This document shows positions 8,519 through 16,900 of a stretch of 64,000 bases of DNA, one piece after another (the stretch's first letter is position 1; every line of letters begins with the position of its first letter). This stretch comes from a virus. Position numbers and translations under genes: made by a program. The stretch lies in IMG/VR virus record IMGVR_UViG_3300045988_074170. The stretch is one strand, 5' to 3'. The notes under the pieces were generated by a model that was given only the letters and a program-made list of their open reading frames with translations, had not been told where the DNA came from and ran no database searches.

Positions 8519-9133
8519 TTACTCTTCCATCATGTTATGATATAGGTCAAGGCGAATTTTCGCATAAGCTGCTTCGACATTTGTAAATGCCCTTTGATTG
8601 TTTGCACCCTGTTCATTGTATATTTCGGATTCAATAACTTTTGCAACCTGCTCAACCCATTTTGGATTTGTATAAGAAGACAATTTTTTGCCATGGTAGG
8701 AAAAACAGTCGAATTTTGAATTTCGGTCTTCATGAAGATTTGTTAAAAGCTGTCGAATTTTCTTTGCTGTGGCTTCTTTGTCCGAAATATGATTCTCTTC
8801 CCGAACCTTCTTAATTATCCGGCAAACCCTTTCAATTGCAAGGTCGAAAGCCATATTAGTAACAGTCTTAATTCGTAGCTGCGTTTCCGGAACTAGGCTC
8901 TCGGATATAACACTAAGCTGGATATTTTGATTCCTTGTTTCTGTCAGTAGTTCCTTAAAAGTTTCTCGCTGGGAATTCATAGTGTCGTTTATCACCTTCA
9001 TGAACCAACGGAAGAAAGTTACCCACATCAGTGCTGACAGCACCAAAAAGAATCCGGCTGTAATAGCCATCATTCCGAAATCTCCAATGCTCTTTCCTGT
9101 CTCGATAGCAGGATTAATCATGTCTGTACCCAT
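8519..9133 (-). CDS. Hypothetical single-pass membrane protein
   Basis: Hydrophobic segment FGMMAITAGFFLVLSALMWVTFF near the N-terminus. The rest looks helical and soluble. Confidence 0.5.
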   Translation of the reverse strand: MGTDMINPAIETGKSIGDFGMMAITAGFFLVLSALMWVTFFRWFMKVINDTMNSQRETFKELLTETRNQNIQLSVISESLVPETQLRIKTVTNMAFDLAIERVCRIIKKVREENHISDKEATAKKIRQLLTNLHEDRNSKFDCFSYHGKKLSSYTNPKWVEQVAKVIESEIYNEQGANNQRAFTNVEAAYAKIRLDLYHNMMEE

Positions 9134-9185
9134 CGTTATTCCTTGATTTTGTTAAAGTTTTCACTCGTTGTTATCTTTATTGGTA

Positions 9186-9193
9186 CAAAGATA
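9186..9193 (-). promoter_or_regulatory. Possible -7 box (TAtcTTTG)
   Basis: TATCTTTG on the minus strand, 53 nt upstream of the ATG at 9133. No well-spaced -33 TTTG. Confidence 0.3.
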
Positions 9194-9213
9194 ATAATTC
9201 AAAATGAAAGTCT

Positions 9214-9552
9214 CTAACCTTGGTTCAAGGACACTTTGGTAATCCAGAAGTAATTATCCGTTCCAAACTTGAAATCCTCTTTGTGAACTGACTGAATTCG
9301 CTCACGAAGCCTCTGTTCCGTCATTCCACTGGCGAAGTTATGCCCGATGTTTGCGAGTAGCGGTGTAACCTCTTGAGCGTCCCGTACTTCATTGTATCGA
9401 CATTCACGTGTCTTCAACCGTACTTCCGGAGCAACGTAGGCTCGGAACTCACCCATGATTTCCACAACGAGTATCTTACAGTCACAATTCATTACAAGTC
9501 CCCGACAAGCGTCAAGGAACTCTTTCTTAGCAGCGTTATTTTCCATAACCAA
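9214..9552 (-). CDS. Hypothetical protein
   Basis: 112 aa ORF in the operon. No motif recognised. Confidence 0.45.
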   Translation of the reverse strand: MVMENNAAKKEFLDACRGLVMNCDCKILVVEIMGEFRAYVAPEVRLKTRECRYNEVRDAQEVTPLLANIGHNFASGMTEQRLRERIQSVHKEDFKFGTDNYFWITKVSLNQG

Positions 9553-9880
9553 TCATTTTTTCTATTGCATTCTTCTTTCGTTGTTCTTTCTCATCAGCAG
9601 CACCACGCTTCAGTTCCCTGTCAAACCGCTGGCGAAGTATCTCCTTCTTTTTGTCGTCAGGCAGTCCCTTAAAGACGCCAACGCTGAACTCTGGTATAGT
9701 GCTCTCAACTTCTGCGAAAACCATCTGTTCGCGACAGTTAGAACACTCATACGGCTTCCCCACAATAGTAGGAACCATCTTCTTGAGTTCTTTACTGTAC
9801 TTCATCACGTATTTTCCCGGAGTAAACGCCACGCCATGAAGTTCACAGGCTTCATTCGGGCAGCACAATACATATTTCAT
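9536..9880 (-). CDS. Hypothetical zinc-ribbon protein
   Basis: CCPNEAC...CSNC cysteine pairs and a basic C-terminus. Confidence 0.45.
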   Translation of the reverse strand: MKYVLCCPNEACELHGVAFTPGKYVMKYSKELKKMVPTIVGKPYECSNCREQMVFAEVESTIPEFSVGVFKGLPDDKKKEILRQRFDRELKRGAADEKEQRKKNAIEKMIGYGK

Positions 9881-10374
9881 AGATAATGCCTCCTCCCATA
9901 TTCAGCGATTAATAAACTGTCAGTCAAGTTGTCATCGGCTTTCGCACAGTTCTCCGTCCGACGTAAATCCTGTCGGGGGAACAACCGCTTCGCTGCAAGC
10001 ACTGACATCACTTTCTTGTCGGGGTTCGGCTTGATGCCCTCGTACATTTCTTTCTGCCACTTCTTAGGAGTCACCAACACTATCCTTAATCCACACATGA
10101 TGAACCCCATTCGGAGCGCATAACATACTCCCCCAAAAGTGAATGTAGCACCTGCAGCGGAACGTGGCAGAGCGTGAACATCCTCTATCACGACAACCGT
10201 GTTATTGATGTCACACTCTTCCGATATCTGAATAATCAATTCTGACAGTTCATGCAGGTCAAGTTCCTTCCCTACCTTTGGCATCGGATAGTGCTTGATA
10301 CCTGTACTTTTCATCACCGTGATGAACCCCTGTTTTCCTGGGTCTACTCCGATAACTGTTTGCTTCTTTTCCAT
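9877..10374 (-). CDS. RuvC-like Holliday junction resolvase
   Basis: VIGVDPGKQG (first catalytic Asp), VVVIEDVH (Glu) and DDNLTDSLLIAEYG (C-terminal acidic pair) in the RuvC order. The 165 aa size fits. Confidence 0.7.
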   Translation of the reverse strand: MEKKQTVIGVDPGKQGFITVMKSTGIKHYPMPKVGKELDLHELSELIIQISEECDINNTVVVIEDVHALPRSAAGATFTFGGVCYALRMGFIMCGLRIVLVTPKKWQKEMYEGIKPNPDKKVMSVLAAKRLFPRQDLRRTENCAKADDNLTDSLLIAEYGRRHYL

Positions 10375-10375
10375 A

Positions 10376-12376
10376 TTATTCTATATAACTGTAACCGTTT
10401 TCCTTCACGACGGTGAGAGTGGTTACACCAGCACGAATATTCATGACGTGACTGATTACATATACAGGATGATGAACGTCGCTCATTGACTCAAGTAGAA
10501 GAGCCAAGCCCAACGGGTCTGTTCCCTCAAGAACCTCATCAATCATTAGGAAGTGAAGTCCTCCCCATTGGTTCGTTCCGTTAATCATTTCCTGAAATGC
10601 TTGTATCAAAGCCATTTCAATTCTTGCTCTCTCGCCTCCGCTAAACGACCAGAATGATTTATATTCGCCCTCGCCATTGATGACTGATACAGTTATCTCC
10701 TCCTTGATTTTCCCTTTCGCATTACGCTTGAACCCGTCTATTGACAGGCGAAGTTCTGAACGCTGCTTCTGTAAGGACATATTCGCGAAGTTCTGAATTA
10801 TCCGTAACTGCTCACAAGCAAGGCTCATCTTGAACTCCTTGAAACGCAACCCCCACTGTACCATGTCTGATACCTGTTTCTCGCAATCCCCGTATTCCTT
10901 GTTTGCCTTTTCGAGTTTCTTTTTCGTCAGGGCAACAAGACCTTCCAGTTCGGCTTCCTTGGTTTCCATTTCAGCCTGTTCAGCCTTTTCAAGTTGTTCA
11001 ACCAACTGTTCGCTCTCACTGTTACAACGTGATTGAATCCCTTCTTGATGCTTGATATCTTCTTGGTAGGAGGATATCATTTGGTTGCTTCGGGTTATCT
11101 CCCCACGGATTTTTGTTATCTCTGCTTGAACCTCACGAATGGCTCTGACTGTACCCTGTTCCTGAACACGTATCTTCATGAACTTGTCGTCGTACTTTTT
11201 CACCCGTTCCTCAAACGAGTTGAGTTCTTCCAACGCTGTTTTCGCAAGGTTTTCCTGGGTCTCGGCTTCCTTCTTCTGTTTTTCAATCCTCTTCCGAGTA
11301 TTAGGAACATCAACCGTTTCATCTGATGTCACGAACTCCGTTCCACACTTCGGGCACTTTACAGTCCCTTTCAGGATAGCCGTGAGGCGGTTGGCTTCGG
11401 CAGTGTACTGTGAGGACAGTTCCTGTGCTGCTTTACGCTTCTTCCTCGCTGCCTCTACCTTTGTATCAGTCGAAGAACGTTCTTTCGTTAGAGAGTCATA
11501 TTGAGCCTTATAGTCAATCGCTTCTAATCCCTCTAACTTCTTAGAGGCTTCAGCAACTTTCTTCTGGTTGTCCTTGATACTCTGTTCAGCCAACTTGATA
11601 GCCGTCCTGGAATTCTCAATCTTCTTTTCCGCTCCGTCGTACTCCTGTATGACAGCGTCAATTCGTTCGTTTATACGCTCTATAAGCGATTGTCGTTCCT
11701 CCTCAAGATTACGTTCTCGCTCCGCAGCCAACTGTCCTGTATAGACGCTCAATTCACCCTCTATCGTGTGAACCTTTGCCTCGGCAGCTTGTTGCTTTTC
11801 CTGTAACGGCTTAATCTTCTCTTTAATTACATTGTCCGCATCATCTAACTGTTCAGCTTTGATGAAGCGGTTGATGAGTGAAAGTTTGTCCGTATTAGAG
11901 GAACTCACAAATGATTTGAAGTTCTCTTTATTCAGAATATAGAAACTCTTCAGGTCTTCCGCTGAAATACCTATCCATTTCAGGATGTAAGCGTTTCCAT
12001 CGTTTACGGTTGCAAACTGTACCGAACCCTCTTCTTCATTGAGCATAAGCTCCAACGTCGCTGAACCTTTCTGTCTGAGAGTCCGGTGTATGTTCAGCGT
12101 CTGTTTCCTTATCGGGCAGTAAATGTCAAGCCAAATGTCAGCTTCCTCCTCTCCCCACAAAATCAAGTCTCTGTCAAGAGTCTGTTTTTTCAAGGAGTTT
12201 GCCAGGATTGCATACGCAATCCCAGCCTCCATTGTGCTCTTCCCTGCTCCGTTTGTTTCCTTTGATTCAATCTCAGTCAAGTTCTTTCCCTTGATTAAGA
12301 CAGGCTCGTTCAGGAATTTATGTTTCAACTCCTTGAACGATAAGAAATTCTTCAAACGTAAATAGGTCAGTTCCAT
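10376..12376 (-). CDS. sbcC: SbcC/Rad50-like ATPase (T4 gp46-like)
   Basis: Walker A NGAGKST, long coiled coil with a CPKCG zinc hook, signature FSGGERARIEMAL, and Walker B LHFLMIDEV. Confidence 0.8.
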   Translation of the reverse strand: MELTYLRLKNFLSFKELKHKFLNEPVLIKGKNLTEIESKETNGAGKSTMEAGIAYAILANSLKKQTLDRDLILWGEEEADIWLDIYCPIRKQTLNIHRTLRQKGSATLELMLNEEEGSVQFATVNDGNAYILKWIGISAEDLKSFYILNKENFKSFVSSSNTDKLSLINRFIKAEQLDDADNVIKEKIKPLQEKQQAAEAKVHTIEGELSVYTGQLAAERERNLEEERQSLIERINERIDAVIQEYDGAEKKIENSRTAIKLAEQSIKDNQKKVAEASKKLEGLEAIDYKAQYDSLTKERSSTDTKVEAARKKRKAAQELSSQYTAEANRLTAILKGTVKCPKCGTEFVTSDETVDVPNTRKRIEKQKKEAETQENLAKTALEELNSFEERVKKYDDKFMKIRVQEQGTVRAIREVQAEITKIRGEITRSNQMISSYQEDIKHQEGIQSRCNSESEQLVEQLEKAEQAEMETKEAELEGLVALTKKKLEKANKEYGDCEKQVSDMVQWGLRFKEFKMSLACEQLRIIQNFANMSLQKQRSELRLSIDGFKRNAKGKIKEEITVSVINGEGEYKSFWSFSGGERARIEMALIQAFQEMINGTNQWGGLHFLMIDEVLEGTDPLGLALLLESMSDVHHPVYVISHVMNIRAGVTTLTVVKENGYSYIE

Positions 12377-12377
12377 A

Positions 12378-13340
12378 CTAAATTGTTTGGGTGATTAATT
12401 CTTCAAGTTCTTCAGCAAGGTCAGGGTCATTCAAGATAACCTCTCTTGCCTTTTCAGCTCCCTGTGCAAGTGTCTTTCCTTTGTACTTAAAGAACGACCC
12501 TGCCTTCTCAATAACGTTTCGTTCGACGCCAACTGATAACAGCTCTGAAGCCTTATCAATTCCCTCACCGAAGCGAATGTCGAACTCGGCTTTCCTGAAC
12601 GGAGGCGCAACCTTATTCTTCTCAACTTTCACCTTGATGTGGTTAGCGGTTTCTTCACCACGGTCTCCAACTGTACCCGACTTCGCAATGTCCAACACCT
12701 GTGAAGAGTAGAAGCCAAGAGCCTTTCCTCCCGGAGTCGTCTTCGGTGAACCGTACACCACGCCAATCTTGTCACGATACTGATTGATGAAGATAACCAA
12801 CTGTTGGTTCAGTTTAATATCACCAATCAATCCGGGAAGCCACGTAGCCATAAGCCGAGCCAGCACGCCCATCTTAGCATCACCCACATCGGCTTCCAAA
12901 TAACATTTAGGGAACATTGCCGCCACCGAGTCCATCACGATTGCTCCGATTGCTTTCGACTTAACAGCCTCTCTCATGATTTCGAAACATTCTTCCGCAA
13001 CTCCTGGCTGGCACAGAATAAACATCTCCGGAGATATGTTCACCCCCAGTGCTTCTACATAATCCATGTCAATTGCGTTTTCACGGTCTATGTAGAGAAC
13101 CGCTTTGCCTGTCTGTTCCTGTATGTTCTTACAGGCTGTCAGAGCCAACGTAGTCTTTCCCGAAGACTCGTAGCCACGCAATTCAATGATACGACCCATC
13201 GCATAACCGCCACCAAGTGCCAAGTCGAGCGACAGGCTTCCTGACGATACGAACTCTACTCCTTGAGTATTGTTTCCCGCCACAACTTCTTTGCCGAACT
13301 TCTTTTGTAGGGAGTTCACCAAATCTTCTACTCCTGCCAT
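12378..13340 (-). CDS. recA: RecA recombinase
   Basis: SGSLSLDLALGGGYAMGRIIELRGYESSGKTTLAL is almost the canonical RecA N-terminal/Walker A block. 320 aa. Confidence 0.9.
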   Translation of the reverse strand: MAGVEDLVNSLQKKFGKEVVAGNNTQGVEFVSSGSLSLDLALGGGYAMGRIIELRGYESSGKTTLALTACKNIQEQTGKAVLYIDRENAIDMDYVEALGVNISPEMFILCQPGVAEECFEIMREAVKSKAIGAIVMDSVAAMFPKCYLEADVGDAKMGVLARLMATWLPGLIGDIKLNQQLVIFINQYRDKIGVVYGSPKTTPGGKALGFYSSQVLDIAKSGTVGDRGEETANHIKVKVEKNKVAPPFRKAEFDIRFGEGIDKASELLSVGVERNVIEKAGSFFKYKGKTLAQGAEKAREVILNDPDLAEELEELITQTI

Positions 13341-14362
13341 TGCATTACTTCTTTTAATAGTTTATATCCTTCATCATATTCGTAGCCTTTTTCATCGCAA
13401 AATGCTTTGAACTTTTCGGCTATATCTGTTCCGGACAGTTCCTGAACCACTTCGGCTTCCTCAGCCTCCGTGACTTCGACATCCGTGTACTTTGCTTTCA
13501 CTGAGATACCGTGTTCGGTGAAGACTTTTTTGTTGACAGCCTTAACAGCCTGTTGGTCTCCCACAAGTGTTATCCGAACGTTGACGCCATCTGTGTTCGT
13601 TTTAGCGAGTTTTAATATCTCTTCCTTTGAGGTCTTAAGGACATCAACTTTTATTTCCTTATACGGAACAAATTGAGCCTTTACGAACTCGAAGGACGTA
13701 TCGCTGTACAATACCGTGAATCCCTTCTCCTCATCTTCCCCGAAGTTATTCTGACGGGTACTCGGTAGGTGAAACACGTTGGCTCCTGGTTGCTGAGCGT
13801 CATGATAGTGCCCTAACATCACCTTTCCATATTTCTTGAACAGGTTCAGCGGGATACGGTTGTTCACTACCTTTCCATCGTTATTGATAGAACCCTGTAC
13901 GGCTGTATGACTGAATAAGATTGATTTCTTTGAATGAGGAGTAGGAAGCTCCCCAAACTTCTCAAGCCAAATATCCTGACTGTAAAATGGAACAAAATGA
14001 CATTCCACACCCTGTATCTCAATAGTCGTAGGAACTTCAAACAGGTTGAATCCTGGGTGATATCTGTACTGGGTCAAGAAACTTTCGTCAGACTCATAAT
14101 CCGTCTTGTCATGGTTTCCAGGAATACAATAGATTGTTATGCCGGATGCGCTGTACAGTTCAATCATCTCTGTTAGACAGGTGAGAAGTTCCTGACGTTG
14201 GCTTAGTCTGGAGTCGAATATGTCACCGAGCCAAATTACGACCGAGACCCCCATCCGTTGAGCTAATGCTATTTCCTGTTCCGCTATATCAAGCAGTTCG
14301 ACAGCATTCGACTCCTGAAGATGTTTGTCTGTACTAATTATTGCGATTGGTTCTTTATTCAT
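13328..14362 (-). CDS. sbcD: SbcD/Mre11-like nuclease (T4 gp47-like)
   Basis: Calcineurin-type phosphoesterase motifs STDKH, GDIFD, GNHD and GHYH. Adjacent to the SbcC-like gene. Confidence 0.8.
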   Translation of the reverse strand: MNKEPIAIISTDKHLQESNAVELLDIAEQEIALAQRMGVSVVIWLGDIFDSRLSQRQELLTCLTEMIELYSASGITIYCIPGNHDKTDYESDESFLTQYRYHPGFNLFEVPTTIEIQGVECHFVPFYSQDIWLEKFGELPTPHSKKSILFSHTAVQGSINNDGKVVNNRIPLNLFKKYGKVMLGHYHDAQQPGANVFHLPSTRQNNFGEDEEKGFTVLYSDTSFEFVKAQFVPYKEIKVDVLKTSKEEILKLAKTNTDGVNVRITLVGDQQAVKAVNKKVFTEHGISVKAKYTDVEVTEAEEAEVVQELSGTDIAEKFKAFCDEKGYEYDEGYKLLKEVMQWQE

Positions 14363-14371
14363 TGTCGAAAT

Positions 14372-14408
14372 ATTTAAAATGAAAGTCCAAGTGTATAACG
14401 CTTGGACT
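14372..14408 (-). terminator. Rho-independent terminator
   Basis: Minus strand reads AGTCCAAG-CGTTATACA-CTTGGACT (14408-14384), followed by TTCATTTTAAATATTT. Confidence 0.6.
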
Positions 14409-14425
14409 CTCTTTCTGTACCTGAA

Positions 14426-15871
14426 TCAAATGTTACTTTTTCTTCGCACGCGCATAGCACGGATACGGTCAATGGCACTTTGACCAGATGCGCTACCAGC
14501 GTCGGCTGGAGCTTTTACTCCGGAAGCCGGAGTTTCATCTTCTGGTTCGGGGTCGGGTTCATCACCACCGTCATTGTCCCCAGCGTACTCTTCACCACCA
14601 TCGGAATCACCGTCATCAGAACCATCCCATCCGGGAACGTGTTCAATATCGTATCCGAGGTCTTCGTGTTTCAGAGCCAACTGATAAGCCTCTTCAAGTT
14701 CTTCACCCTCAAGCTCCAACTCTTCGTATCCTTCGCCGTACTGGCGAATGAACTCTTCGTTGACAACTTTCAGTTTCTCTTCCGGAGTAGGTTCAGCAGG
14801 TTTCTTCTTCGCTGCGGCTTTCTTCGGTGCAGGAACCGAAGCCTTGGCTGTCGGTGCTTTCTTAGAAGCAGGAGCTGCAGCAGGTTTCTTTTCCTCTTCG
14901 CTCGGGCCGAAAGGTAAGTCATCAGCACCAGACGGTTTGTCGCCTGTCTTTTCTTCTACCATTTCCTGAAGTTGTTCAATCATGTCAAGGAAGTCATCCT
15001 GTGCGAAAATCTGATACTGGTTAGCATCGTCGAAACGCTTCAGACCGTCAAGAGCATAATCGAAGTCTCTTTTCGTATAGCAGTCCACGTACAGTTTCTG
15101 AAGGCTGGGGAGACCGTCAAGTTCTTCCAATACCTTGTCAGGAACAGCGTTCTTGTCGAAGTAGTCTTCCCAAGTCTGACCCATTTTCAACGGCAACGAT
15201 TTCAGTGTTTCTACTGTCTTGTTATTGTCGTCTTTTTCACGACTCCATTGAATAGGGAAGCCAGTTGACGGGTCGCTGAACATATCCACAGCAGCGGTGT
15301 CGTTCTGGGCACAAAGGTCAGCAGACTCTTTGTTCAGTGCTTCCATCTGTTTCGGTTTCAGGCTGTCTCGCCAAATCTTTCCTTCGATGAGCGCATAATA
15401 CACGTATTCCAATTGAGGACGAATTCCCGGAACCCACGTACCGTTCTTTCCACCCATACGATAACCCGTAATCGGGTTCAGGAAGCGAGCACGTTCTTCT
15501 TTGTCCTGGAACTGTTCAGCCTGTTCGTAGACACGCTTGATGTACTCTTCGATGATGTCGTACGGATAACCACCGTGAAGCGTCGCCAAGAAGATTTTCT
15601 TGTTTGAGATTTTCTTCCCGATAACTTTTCCTTCCTTGTCCTTTTCGTCGACTTCACACTTGAGCATCGCTGTCAGCATAGGCACGTAGGGAGAGTCTCC
15701 TGGTTCGTGTGCCGGAAGAACACGTTTCACGGTGATACCGTCTCTTTGTTTCCAGAATTGTGCATAATCACCTTTACCACCAAAATAGGTGTCGAACTGT
15801 TTGGTTTGCTGAACCGTCTCACTAACAGTTGAGAGCGGTGCTGCCTTCCATTTACTTCTGTCTAATGGCAT
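14426..15871 (-). CDS. Putative gp32-like ssDNA-binding protein with low-complexity K/A/P linker and acidic C-terminal region
   Basis: Weak by-eye similarity to T4 gp32 (VKRVLPAHEPGDSPYVP vs VIRFLPSKNDEQAPF; GKIWRDSL vs GKKIWDKI). Has an acidic DGDSDGGEEYAGDNDGGDEPDPEPEDE tract. It sits next to recombination and replication genes. Confidence 0.4.
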   Translation of the reverse strand: MPLDRSKWKAAPLSTVSETVQQTKQFDTYFGGKGDYAQFWKQRDGITVKRVLPAHEPGDSPYVPMLTAMLKCEVDEKDKEGKVIGKKISNKKIFLATLHGGYPYDIIEEYIKRVYEQAEQFQDKEERARFLNPITGYRMGGKNGTWVPGIRPQLEYVYYALIEGKIWRDSLKPKQMEALNKESADLCAQNDTAAVDMFSDPSTGFPIQWSREKDDNNKTVETLKSLPLKMGQTWEDYFDKNAVPDKVLEELDGLPSLQKLYVDCYTKRDFDYALDGLKRFDDANQYQIFAQDDFLDMIEQLQEMVEEKTGDKPSGADDLPFGPSEEEKKPAAAPASKKAPTAKASVPAPKKAAAKKKPAEPTPEEKLKVVNEEFIRQYGEGYEELELEGEELEEAYQLALKHEDLGYDIEHVPGWDGSDDGDSDGGEEYAGDNDGGDEPDPEPEDETPASGVKAPADAGSASGQSAIDRIRAMRVRRKSNI

Positions 15872-15898
15872 AATACTAAATTTTTAAAATGTTGATAA

Positions 15899-16225
15899 TT
15901 ATCTGTTTTCCTTCACTATTCGTGTAACGTCTTCGAGGAACTTCTGTTCGTAACTCTTAATAGATTCCATCAGTTCGATGATGTCCTCAGCCTCTTGTCC
16001 GGCACATTTGTTGGCGATTGACTGTAATGCTCTCGGGAGCGTACAACCATAAGCCATGTCATCCATTTTTCCATTAGGATGGCGAGGACTGTCAGACTTC
16101 TTTAATTGGTAAACGTCATAACTTGATGCGTGACTTTCAACTGGTTTCAGGTAGAATCCGTCTGTGACTTTGATGTAACCTTTGAATTCTTCTACTGCGC
16201 TGGATTGAACTGTTTTCTTTGCCAT
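15899..16225 (-). CDS. Hypothetical protein
   Basis: 108 aa ORF downstream of a predicted promoter. Confidence 0.5.
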   Translation of the reverse strand: MAKKTVQSSAVEEFKGYIKVTDGFYLKPVESHASSYDVYQLKKSDSPRHPNGKMDDMAYGCTLPRALQSIANKCAGQEAEDIIELMESIKSYEQKFLEDVTRIVKENR

Positions 16226-16265
16226 AATTCTAATTATTTGAATGTTTAACTTAAATTTGATGATA

Positions 16266-16296
16266 CAAAGGTAATGGAATCATTCGAATTATCAAA
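16266..16296 (-). promoter_or_regulatory. Bacteroidota-type promoter (-7 TAccTTTG, -33 TTTG)
   Basis: Minus strand has TTTG (16296-16293), a 19 nt spacer, then TACCTTTG (16273-16266). It sits 41 nt upstream of the ATG at 16225. Confidence 0.5.
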
Positions 16297-16324
16297 GAAG
16301 TTCCCCGAAAATTCTTCGAAAAAT

Positions 16325-16873
16325 TTATTTGAACCCTGCTTTCTTGATAAAGAAACTGTTTACTTTACCCTCTACCAATTCCCCGAGGAACTCCGTTGGG
16401 GTGACAGGTTTAAGGAGATTGTTCAGTTTCTTAGACTTGTCCTGAACCGCCCACTGAAGTGCGTCAAGAACACTGAAATTCTTCTGAGCGTCAATATACG
16501 CAATACAGAGATTCTGATAGTCTTCGTCAAGTAGGAGAGCCTCGTCAAGAGCCTTTTCCGACAACTTGATTTCCTCAACTTCCCCGTCTTCCAAAGCCAA
16601 CGTGAACTTTCCGCCATTACGGTTCGCCTCGCGACGCCATTCCTTCTTTGTCTGGGCTTCGTAAACCTCTTTCTCGAGTTTACATTCCGCGACTTTCTTT
16701 TCGGCTTCAGCACGGAGCAACCCTACTTTGTTCAGGAGCGCACTGACTGTAACCGCTTCACCATATAAATTGCTGTACTCAATAGAAGTGAGTTTATCAA
16801 TGTCAACCGTGTCCTCAAATCCATTTGTTTGTAATGTCACTGGGACATCATTGAAATGCACAAGAATGTTCAT
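16325..16873 (-). CDS. Hypothetical protein (coiled-coil rich)
   Basis: 182 aa ORF immediately downstream of dnaE. Confidence 0.5.
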   Translation of the reverse strand: MNILVHFNDVPVTLQTNGFEDTVDIDKLTSIEYSNLYGEAVTVSALLNKVGLLRAEAEKKVAECKLEKEVYEAQTKKEWRREANRNGGKFTLALEDGEVEEIKLSEKALDEALLLDEDYQNLCIAYIDAQKNFSVLDALQWAVQDKSKKLNNLLKPVTPTEFLGELVEGKVNSFFIKKAGFK

Positions 16874-16900
16874 AATTTTCTTCCTTTTATCTTAGTAAAT

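Noticed and set aside
14402-14917. Plus-strand ORFs of 60-180 aa throughout the window (for example 14402-14917, 41900-42442, 45127-45645, 59548-60054)
   Set aside because: All sit fully inside longer minus-strand genes that have recognisable motifs. Their translations are low-complexity (Ser/Phe/Leu/Arg-rich). None is preceded by a promoter-like motif on the plus strand.
16423-16713. Nested minus-strand ORFs in alternative frames (for example 2124-2348, 16423-16713, 36975-37304, 51683-52042, 62658-62903)
   Set aside because: They are embedded out of frame in larger, better-supported genes. Their composition is Arg/Ser-rich, typical of off-frame translation.
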